The position numbers and the translations under genes were made by a program. The notes beneath the pieces were generated by a model. That model was not told the DNA's origin, made no database searches, and saw nothing but the letters and a program-made list of their open reading frames with translations. DNA of 64,000 bases from Octopus vulgaris (taxonomy: Eukaryota). Where the stretch lies: assembly GCA_951406725.2 (NCBI GenBank), contig OX597814.1, positions 49,290,001 to 49,354,000 of the forward strand, given 5' to 3'. This document shows, piece by piece, positions 29,679 through 41,600 of this stretch (its first letter is position 1; each line of letters opens with the position of its first letter).

Positions 29679-32600
29679 CCTCTCTCTCTCCCTCCCTCTC
29701 TCTCTCCCTCTCTCTCTCTCTCTCTGTCCTTCCTCCCCTTCTTTGTCCTACTGAAGTGTCCAAGTATCTTCTCAATAGTAAGACTACTATCTTTGTCCTG
29801 CCATTATCCTCTAACTTCTCGCTTAGCGCATGTCCACTTCCCTCAGTTCTACTCCCTCTGTCAGCTGAGAGGTCTTTGTCTTGCAAGCTTCTTTGTGACC
29901 CCACTGGTGCTGGTGCCACATAAAAAAGCACCTGTGCTGGCACCATGTAAAAAGCACATGTATTTGTGCCACTTAAAAAGCACCCAGTACACTCTATAAA
30001 GTGGTTGATGTTAGGAAGGATATCCAACTGTAAAAACTAAGCTAAGATTGACAATTGGAGCTTGGTGTAGCTCTCCAGCTTGCCACCTACTGTCTAACCC
30101 ATACCAGTATAGAAAATGGGCATTAAATGAAGAGATTATAGAGGCTCTTTAACATTACATGTTATATGATGATGGTGAGTCACATAACCCATTGGGTTAC
30201 AGGGATATCTTTGAAGTTCTTTTCTTCATGTAAGTTATAGCAAGTCAGCCTAGCAGAACCCTCCACTTTCCTAACCATTTGAAACTCTCAGTAAGTCAGC
30301 ACTGAAATGACATCAGTTTTACCTTGCATTCACTGATTAAATTTGCTAAGTTGTTTCTACTTAGCCATTTTAGACTGAGCCATTTTAGAATTGACCCTGC
30401 CATGGACACAAAATAGTGCCAGAGACAGTGTGAATCTTCAGCTACTTGTTTAATGTCCCATTTTCTTTGCCTTGTCAATAAATTATATCATTTTATAAGT
30501 AATTTATTACATATTTACAAATATATAGAAGTAATTATATCAAGTGTAGCATGCTGACTTTGTGTGTTTAATCCATTCTTTTTCACTGTAGGGTTAGACA
30601 ACCAAAGTAATCAGACATACTCAACACTAACAATAAAATAATGGTAATAATCATAGGCTGTACCAGTCTAGGAATAATAGATTACACTGTGTAACATGAT
30701 TTTTGTCCTTGGGTAGCAACTGTTATTTCCTATTTGCTTACTTCTACAAAGTATGAAAAATGGTTAATATTTCCTTCAAATTTTGCTTTTGTTACATTTA
30801 TTCAAACCCCAAATAATCCCTCTCAACACATGGGTATAATGTTCCCCATTACTCCTGCTCATGATCAGAGATGCACATATTGTTAGCCACTAAGGGACAT
30901 GATCAAGAGATTAAGGTTAAGCAATTGACAAACAAATCTATGGTATTGAGCAGAATATTTGCTATCATGATATTTATTCTTCAGCAAATCAGTGCTGAAT
31001 CTGTCTGAAATGTAATGGAAAATAGGTCTGTTTCAAATAGGTCTGTCACAAAAGCAAAGTTTGAAGGGAATAGTAGTCATTTCCTTTGATTTCTAGATAG
31101 AAGCAAATAGGAAATAACACTTACTGACCTAAGACAAAAAAAAATTAGAATTTTGTTACACAATGTTATTGCTTTATTTTTACTTGCAGTGTTCTAAAAC
31201 CTGTGGATTTGGACAGAAACAGCGAGCTGTAAATTGCATGGATTATGAAAATAAATCTTTAGCTGAGGATAAGTTTTGTTTATTCAAGAAGCCTAAAACC
31301 CATAGAAGATGTGCTGAGTTCCCTTGTCCTTTACAATGGACCACAGGCCCTTGGACTGACGTAGGTTTTAATTATTTTTTTCTTTACTAATTATGAATTT
31401 AAAACATCAGATTTGAGTTGTAGTAATTTTTGCTTTTTCCATTCAATTTCTAAATGTATATTGGATGTAAGTGCTTTGACTAGGTGATTGGTTCTCAGTA
31501 GCATAGCTTTTGGTCATAGAAACTGAGAATAAAGCAGAAAATTTTGATGTAAGATGGATGAAGCATGCAAAAATGATTGCAAAAATGTAGGATAGATGTC
31601 TCTATAGATGAGGTTAGTGATGAAGATTAATGAGGTTCTTTTTTCTATCAGTTGTTGTCAGCATTCTGTTTAGACCATTGGTGCATAGTTTAAGCAGTGG
31701 TGATGATTTAGTGGTTTTAAACATTTTAATTCAAATGGATGTTATGGGCATCAGCTTTGAAATTGAATTGTAAATGTGAAAACTTTGAAACATTATTTTT
31801 ATTTTTTTTACATTGCAAAAAGGCCGTAAATCTTAGAGGATTGGTCCATTTTATCACACCCACTACTTGAATATTACTTATTTTATTGACCCTGGAAGGA
31901 CTAAAGATATAATTGATTCTGATAATATTTTAAATCAGAATGTATGGGGATAAAATGTTGTACCAAAAGATATTTGGTCCCAGTCTCTACAGATCCTATC
32001 TTTGACCACTAATTAATTTTGTATCCTAAAGCACTTTTACTGATTCCCATTAAAAAGATATCTCTTTCAACTTTTACTGAATTATTATATGTCATTAGAT
32101 CAGATAATTTGATTTGTTTTTTTAAATTTATTTACTCACTACCTTTAACTAAAAAGTATTGCATTATATTAGAGGGTTTCAAAACACCATATTAACATGG
32201 CCCTCTTGAAGAATACACCAAGTCTATCTCTTAAGTACATAGTTACTTTCACTACTTTCATTTTTATTATAAAACAATTCAGTTAGTGCTACTTTTTTTT
32301 AGAACTAAATGTCTACCTCATCACATGTGTTTAAATGTTTCTTTCTTTTTCCTTTTCCTCCACTACCATCATTCAGTGTTCAGCAACCTGTGGCCTTGGG
32401 TGGCAATCACGATCAGTGGTTTGTAATTCTTTCTCTAAAGAAAACTGGATACTTGGTGAATCACAGTCATGTAAGAACGCAGAAAAGCCTCCTTCTCAGC
32501 GTTATTGTAACTATGGTGACTGTGATGGATATTTCTTCTGGAAGGTTTTTTCTTGGCAGCAAGTAAGTATTAAACTTAATATTATACTGTATCAATTTGT

Positions 32601-35600
32601 TTACATTAAATATAAAGGTGGATATCAGTAGTAATTGCATTTCTGTACAGTAGAATATATTCTATATATTTTTTGCTAACACTGTGTGTACAGACAGCTG
32701 TAAACACTTTGTCTTTATATATAACTAGCAGTATCGGCCGGTGTTGCTCGGGTTTGTAAGGGAAATAACTATATAAGCATTTTTAGAGAGTTATAGCCAA
32801 AAATTAGCGAAAAAATGCATTAAAAATGGGGAAAAAATTATGGTAAATTTTTTTTTAAATCGTTGACTCATCGTAGACATTTTTAGAGAGTTACTTCCCT
32901 TCTATAATAGCGAAAAAAATGCATTAAAATGGAAAAAAATGATGGTAAATTTTTTTTTAATCGTAGACTCATCGTAGACATGTGCTAATACCCAGAAGGG
33001 CTCGATATGAATCACGACTATAAGATACTCAGTTTTGGTTAAACTGCACCGCAAAATGTGGTAGTAGTTAGGAATCTAAATCGTAGGAGACAGACACACA
33101 ACTTCACTTTTATATATAAAGATATCTTTGTGCTCAGAGAAAGTGGGATCTACTAGATTAGTTTTTATCCTTACTCTTTTACTTGTTTCAGTCATTTGAC
33201 TGTAGCCATGCTGGAGCACCGCCTTTAGTTGAGCAAATCGACCCCAGGACTTATTCTTTGTAAGCTTAGTACTTATTCTATCGGTCGCTTTTGCCGAACC
33301 GCTAAGTTACGGTGACGAAAACACACCAGCATCGGTTGTCAAGCGATGTTGGGGGGACAAACAGACACACAAACATATACACACACACATATATATATAC
33401 ATATATACGACAGGCTTCTTTCAGTTTCCATCTACCAAATCGACTAACAAGGCTTTGGTCAACCCAAGGCTATAGTAGAGGACACTTTCCCAAGGTGCCA
33501 CGCAATGGGACTGAACCTGGAACCATGTGGTTGGTAAACAAGCTACTTACCACACAGCCACTCCTACGCCTTAGTTGGAATTTTATCAGTGACTGAGTAC
33601 CTTTTAAAAGTCCACAAAGACACTGATTATAAACACACTATTACTAAAGACTTAAATAGATGTATAGGCCAATTTGCATTATGTAACATGTTCTAGAAAG
33701 TTAATAAAAGATTCTTTAAATTCTCTACCTTTTTTTTTTTTGGAGAATTTTACTCAGTGTTACAATGCTATTTACATCCTTATTACAAATGTTCTTTATT
33801 TTCCTAACCTATCCAGTGTTAACTTAGTTTTGTGTTATTTTTCTTAATAGTGTCCTGACGCTTGTGGAATCCAGGAGGTTAACAGGAGAGTGACCTGCAT
33901 TGATAAAGCTGGCCGAGAATATCCTTCCTCAAACTGTAAAGATACCGCTCCAGTATCAAAACGAATATGTCCCAATAAAAGATGTAAATTGAATTTTCAT
34001 TTTAATTCTAATTCACCTTTTATCTAATTTAAATTTATTGAGACTATAATCAAGATAAACAAATTTTTATCAGTATTTCAACTTGCCTTTATATTTAGGA
34101 TTTATGCTGAATAGTTGCCAATGAAATCGCTGTTACTGTCATATAAATATTAGTTTCAAATTTTGGCACAACGCCAGCCATTTCAAAAGAGTGGATAAGT
34201 TGATGATATCAACTCCAGTGCTCAACTGGTACTTATTTTATTGATCATGAAAGGGATGAAAGATAAAGTTGACCTCAGGAGAATTTGAACTCAAAGTGTT
34301 AAAATAGACAAAATGCCGCTAAGCATTTTGGCCAGTGTACTAATGATTCTGCCAATATTTATACTATCGCATAAATATTGACAGTAGCTGTTACAAATTT
34401 AAATAATGAAACTGCTAATGATGATAGAGAAGAGGATGACTACGAACATGACAATAATGTTGTTTCATTTCAACAACAGTAATGATTACAATAACATCAG
34501 CAAATACTTTTGATACTCGCTCCTTTTCTCAACTCTCTTGCAAAATAAACTTTCTCTTGAGTTAATGTTACCACTCTAGTATATCATATTCAATTTGCTC
34601 TTATTTAATTACTATAGAACAATGCCTGCTTATTAAACAAACACTGGGTCAATAGTTAAAAGTGCATATAGTAATAGTATAATAAGGAAGATTTAAGTGC
34701 ACTGGACTTCTTAGAAGAGATTCAGTATGCCTTAAGTAAGTAGCCACAGTACTGTATCAGGATGCATATCAGTACACAGTTTTGCAGGTTTTTCTAACAT
34801 TTATGAAGATGCAAATGCAAAACAGCTTGATACTAATGATTGTAATGGACAGAGTAGATGTTGGAGATGGGAAAATTTATGACATATGTCTTATTTGCCT
34901 AAGTCCTTTCATGGACACAATTCACAAAAATTAGCATTCTGTTGAGGGGGAGAAATGTTTCCCAAATGCATAAAATGTTGAAAACTGACTAAAAAAAATA
35001 AGTTTTTTTAAATAGATATAATTCTGTAATCCATGTAAAAATGTGTCAAAATTTAAGGTGACTTTTTTTATAAATTTTCAAACATTTTTCCCTAATGATT
35101 TTTTCCAAATTCTAATTGGTTAAAATTGTTGTTTTCTCCTACATTTAAATATTTAGGTTTTGTTTCTTCATGCCAAGAATTAAGAGATTCAACATCCATT
35201 AGGCAAGATAGCACCTACCGACTACTTATCAGAGGAAAACTTGTCCCGGTAAATTGTTTTTGAACATTTCAATTTGTTGCTTGCATAAGTCATCTCTTAG
35301 CTCTCTCTTAAACTTTTCTTAATTCTGTCAAGTTCACAGCTTCTGGGAGTCTTTTAGCTTCTGCTAAAGTCAGTGCCAATATGTTAAAAAAAAAAAACAA
35401 TGATCTTTTATCTTTAATCTTTTTCTTTTTTTTTCAGTCATTAGCTTGTGGCCATGCTGGGGCACTGCCTTGAAGAATTCTTAGTCGAATGTATCAACCC
35501 CAGTCCTTATTATCTTTTTAAGCCTAGTATTTATTCTGTCAGTCTCTGTTGTCAAACCACTAAGTTGTGGGGATGTAAACACACCAACACCAGTTGTCAA

Positions 35601-38600
35601 GCAGTGGGGAGGAACAAACACAGACACACATATATATATATATATACTCCTGGAATGGTTGGCATTAGGAAGGGCATCCAGCTGTAGAAACCATGCCAAA
35701 TCAGATTGGAACCGGTGCAACTCCCCAGCTTACCAGTTTTCAGTCAAACCAGCCAACCCATGCCAGCATGGACAATGGACATTAAATGATGATGATGATG
35801 ATATGCATATATCCACTAACAAGGCTTTGGTTGGCCCAAAGCTATAGTAGAAGACACCTGCGCAGGGTGTCATGCAGTGGGACTGAATCCAGAACCATGT
35901 GGTTGGGAAGCAAGTTTCTTACCACACAGCCATGCAACATATAGCAATGCTCTGTGAAAATTTGTCCCAAAACTTGAGACTTCTTCTAATGACTAAATTT
36001 GTGTGGTCATAATTATAGAGTTTCAGGTTTAGACTTAAAGATTAACTTTTTATTCTTCACTTTCCACATAACTTGTAACAAAAAATATTTTGATTTCTAC
36101 AATATCTCTTGCAAATAAAAAATATTTTCAAAAACTGTATTTTTTAGTATGTTAAGGTAAAAGTTATCTATGATGTGAAGGAGGAAAAGACGGAAGCAGA
36201 GAGAAAATTACAGTAGTCTTACTTGTCTATCTGGAAAGGTTACTCACAACATCCATGTGCTCTATCTATGTGGATGGGGTTGCTCACAATCTCCACGTGC
36301 TCTGTCTGCCACCGTACCGTCTAATAGGTCTGCTTTCATACGCTGTCCACTGCCAACTGACTACTCGTGCCTCGCCGACCCCGCATGCCCACCATGGCCC
36401 TTCCAGTGGGACCACTTCTGACAGGACATGCATGCTCCCTCACTTCCGGTCCTTCCCCACAACACAGCCTGACTCATAACACCACAACTTTTAAATTTTA
36501 TTTTGCATCACATAAGAATGTATCATTGCATTTGACACATTGAGCAAATTTTTTATTTGAAAACTCCACTTCTTAAATAATGAAAAATTATAAGCACAAA
36601 AAAAAATATATTGTTTCCTTGAAGAAACTTCAACAGTAATCAAATAGAAAGCAAGACATTAAAAATTCAATATATGGATAAAATTTCATTCCATTTTTTA
36701 CAAAAACCTTAAGATATCTGAAATCCATACTTAGCTTTAATTTATTTTACAGAGAAAATTAACTACAAACTTTTATAATAATCAAGATATTTTAATAATC
36801 TAACATACCATGGTAAATTTTTCATCCTCTTACTAAATAGTATTACTTTTATTTTACATCTAGATATACTGCAATAAAATGAAAAAGAATCCTGTTGAAT
36901 ACATTACTCTACAATCTCCTGAAGAAAACTTCTCAGAAATCTATGAAAAACGGTAAGTTTGTTGTCAGAAAGAAGTTGTAGAATTCTGTAATTGTTTAGT
37001 GATGAAAACATTGATATAATGACTAGGTGCAACCTATAGATCTTATTTCTAGATATACCATGCCCCTGCTTAGCTGAGGACCATACTGTACATTCCAACA
37101 CACAATGGTTAATCATGCATAGTGCAGTGAGACACTCTGGACATGTATCTCCACTACCTTGCCTACTTCTATCCACCTATAAATTCTGATAATAGTTATA
37201 ATAGTTGTGGCTAGAGTGCAGGTTGAGATGGTCTCAATCCAAATTTGACAAATGCTGACCCCACTGTTCTTATCATTGGTACTTATTGTGAACTTACACA
37301 TGCATAGTTTTAATTTTGAGAGATACCAAATTATCTGAGATTATGTCTTGCAATTGACTGGTCATTTATCCAGTGAGGGGATTTATCTGATATTTGCTTT
37401 ATACCATGAATATTTAGAGCTTATTATAGTTTTTCAACCCGGATCCCTGATTGAGCAGACATATGATCTCATCATTGTTCGGATTGTGCAAGGACTACAT
37501 TATTCAGTATGTTCTTAAGATAGTAGGGTTTGATTTGAGAGAGATTTAACTGCTCTTTGTAGTAGATTGAGTGCTTGTGTAGAGGCTTCCTCATTGGTTT
37601 ATGATAAAAGGTTGAGTATTGATAAATAAATAGAAAATAGGGATGTGAGTCACTATTTTATCTATTGTGCTATTATGTAGATAACAGCCTATGTTTACCT
37701 AACTGAGAAGCTTAAGAGAGTTTGGTGATAAAAAGGAGATTCAGTTGGGGAAAAAAATTCCACTCCAAGCAAACACATATTAACAAAGAGAAATTATTTT
37801 CTTGATTAAACTAAATAACATTCATAATGGCTTCTGCTTTAGGTATGAGGTTAGCAATTTTAAGGGAAATAGATTAGTTGATACTGTCCATGCCAGTGCT
37901 AACTTGATGCTTTATTTTTTTGATCTCAGAGAGATGAAAGGCAAAAGTGACTTGGACAGAATTTGAACTCAGGAAAAATACAAACAAGGCATTTTCACTA
38001 ACGATTCTTCCAGTTTATCACCTTATAATGCAAATAGTTTCAAGATATGTTGATGTACTCAAGGTTTCTAGTGTAATTTTGTAGGGATTTTTTTGTATCA
38101 AAAGTAACATTCTAGATTTGGAGTAAAGATTATTTGCCAACATAACATGGCAATCCTGGTTTAGGACAAATGTTGCTGTAATTTAGCCCCAGGAGACATC
38201 GTCTCTAGCCAGCTATACGACACAATCTGTATTCTTATATTTTCAAACAAGAGAATCTAGCACCACCACCCAACCAGCTCAAAACAAAATCGGTGTATCG
38301 CGATTTCCAGGTTATTTCCCTTCATCAGCACAGAATAATTGTTCGGCTAGAGGCAGCGCCACCTCTAGCCAAACAATTATTCTGTACTGATGAAGAGAAA
38401 TAACCCAGAAATCACGATACATGGATATTGTTTTGAGCTGAGTGGGGGTGCTAGATTCCCGTGTTCGAAAATATAAGGACACAGACTGTGTCGTATAGCC
38501 AGCTGGAGACGATGTTGTCTGGGCTAAATTACAGCAACATTCATCCTAAACCAGGACTGCCACGTTATGTTGGCAAATAATCTTTACTCCAAAGTACTGT

Positions 38601-41600
38601 TTCTGAATATCTCTCATTGTGAGATTTACAAATAGTAATTTTCTAATGTCTAGATTTGTTTGTATTTGGTTGGTGAATGGTCAAATTAAGGGGCAAAAAG
38701 GGATAAGATGAGAAAACCTGTTGATATCAAATTGTCATCATTCTTAATTTTAATCATGGCTTGATATAAAAATAACAATATTTCACTTTAATCGTGTGTT
38801 TTTATTTGTTTATGTTTTTATTTTTAGACTGAAAAAGAAATGGACTTGCCCTCAAAATGGTAGTCGCATTGACAATTGCTATTGTCATAAAAAAAATTTC
38901 AGCAAAGCGGGTTACACAACATTTTCAAAAATACGAATTAGTTTAAAAGCATTAACTGTAGTATGTAAGTATATTTCACCCTCAAACCTATTTTTTGTAA
39001 ATCTGATGATATTCCCCCAACATTCTCTCTCTTGTTTGTATGAGTGTGTGTGTATGAGTGGAAATCCTGGTAAAACAAAGAAAATGTTACTTGTGGATGC
39101 CTATGTGTGAAGATGTTAATATTGAATGAACTGTTAATCAACCCATAGTTAATAAGCAAGATCATATGTGCACATTGTGCTTCCAGAATCTCAGTTCTAT
39201 TGGGATGGGCAGGTCTTCTTGAGAACTGCATATTGCTATTCATTCCAATCTTTTATCAGCCCCGCCATGAGGTTTCAGGTCCTGAGATTAGTCTTCACTA
39301 CTTTGTCCCATCAATACTCTTAGCTTTTTGTTTTTAATCTAAGTGAACAAAAGCAAGAAACTTGAAACAATGTTGGAATGAATCTTTGGCTTTAAAAAAG
39401 TAAATTCTATGCCATGAGAGTATTTTTTTCCCATATCTAACCAAAACAGTTCTTTCTTTCCCTTCATATACAAATTCATGTGTGTCTGTATATGTTGATA
39501 TGTGTGTGTGTGTATATATATGTATCATCATGGTACTCTGTCAGTTGCGACTCACCAGCTGTGCAAACAATATTAAATATGTAAACAAGAGAAAAAAATG
39601 GAAAACAGGACAAGGAAACACAGAGAAAGGACCCTTCATCAGTTGTTGGCTATCTATCTACTCCTCATTTCAAGCATTCAACGACAATATGAGTCTTCAA
39701 AGACAGTTGCTCCCATAAATTCTAAAATAAAATTTAGGATTTATGGAGGGTCAAAGTTGGGAACAAAAATAGGACAGTGATGATATACAAGGAAACCAAA
39801 CGAAAGCAAACATTTAATGATAATTTAATAAAAAAATAAAGTAAAATGTACGGTTACTCACTAATAATGAATAATATTGATTTAAGACAATGGTGATGAA
39901 AATAATGAAGGTAATGACTGCACAGCAATGAAGATTTAAAGCTCTTCAGGTGATGCCTCTTCAGGTGTTTTAGGGGATATTGTATCTTCGTGCAAGGCTT
40001 TCTTGGTGGGCTTGAGGAACATTGGATGGGAAGTTGCTGTCATTGTTTCTTCATGGTGGTGAGAAGAGTTTTATATGTCTGCATGGTAACATCATTGGCA
40101 TTTTTAAATTGGAGAACCATATAGGGATCCCATGCTTCTGCCTTCCCTTGCAATTCATTTGCTGTCCTTAAAAGGTCGGACAGACATTTGATTACCAGGC
40201 CCACTTCATCCTCTCCTGGATCTGGTGCTTCCTCCTCTTCGCTGGCAGATTTCGTTAACTCCAACAAATCTTCATCTGTCAGGGTTTCAGAATGGGCATC
40301 GATGAGGTCATTGACCTCATCTGGCATGATGTCGTCAAAACCTTTGTCACCAAGTACCTTTGCCAGTTTCACCGCATTATTGACAACCTTGTGCTGAATA
40401 TCTTCAGATGAGAAGCCCTCGTAGTCATGGACACACTCTAGCCACACTTTCTTCCAGAATGCGATGAGGGTTTCTTTTTTTTCACGTCTTTAAGAGCAGC
40501 GTGGATGACTGACAGGCACATTGTGATCATGAAGTTACGCTGGTACTCCTTTAACTTGAAATTCTCATCTAAATCCATTGTATCTGCAAGCTGTTGGAGA
40601 GACTTCCAAGTGTAAGTGCCTTGAAGGCATGGATCATGCCTTGATCCATAGGCTGGATGAGGTAGGTGGTATTGGCAGGGAGGAAACTCCAAAAGGTGAC
40701 TGCCAGCATTATCCATAACAAGCAACACCTTGAATTTCATGCAAACATTTTGGAGGTATTCCTAGGCTTGTGGGATGAAGCATTGGTGAAACCAATTCAA
40801 AGTTAGATTTTTGGTAATCCAGGCCTTGGGGTTGTGCATCCAGTGGATAGGCAGCAGGTTTTTATTTTTATTTTTGATGGCCCTTGGGTTCATGGACTTG
40901 TAGATAAGTCCTGGTTTCATCATGAAGCCAGCAGCATTGCTGCAAGTAATTAGCATCACTCTGTCCTGTGCCTTAAATGCTGAGGCTCTGGCTTTGTCCT
41001 TCATGATGTACGTTCTGGAGGGCATCTTCTTCCAGAACAAGCCAGTCTTGTCCATACTGAAAACCTGTTCCGGCTTGTATCCCTTGTCCTCAATGATCTA
41101 CCTGAAGGTCTCGAGGTACTTCTCGGCAGCTTTTTTGTCAGCTGATGCTGTCTTTCCATGCAGGGAAACACTTTATTTTAAACCATTTCTGGAAATGATC
41201 AGACCATCCCTTGGTGGTTTGAAAATTTTCGGGCTCCGGTACTGTCAATGATCTTGGTTGCAGTTCTTCAGTGCCTTCTACTCTGTCAAACTGCTGGTAT
41301 AATTTCCACACCTTCTCGTGGATGATGTTACTGCTCAAGTGGCTGTTTTTCTTTTTGCAGTCACTAATTCACAATGCCAAGGCAGATTCCATTCTGACGA
41401 AGTGCTTATTTCTCACTATCATTATCTTTTTGGCACTTTCACAGAAAGTTACTACTATGGTAGTCCTGATCGCCACCTCATTCTTCTTTATGTAGCGTAT
41501 GGTGCTTTCGTTGACAACATAATAGTGACTTACTGCAGCATAACTTTTACCTTCCCAGAACATATCCAGCAATTGTGCCTTCGCATGGAGCATCATAACC

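Larger units (their letters stand above)
38117..38593. mobile_element. 477-bp foldback palindrome made of two head-to-head hammerhead-bearing units (subfamily 2)
   Basis: tttggagtaaagattatttgccaacataac...ggctagagg[cagcgcca]cctctagcc...gttatgttggcaaataatctttactccaaa; 8-nt loop. Confidence 0.9.

Noticed and set aside
39650-39710. Minus-strand ctgtct-ttgaaga...gaaa..gt-agatag resembling another hammerhead
   Set aside because: Core C3 is missing, stem II is unconvincing, helix III is not palindromic and UH spacing is wrong; it may be a decayed repeat end.
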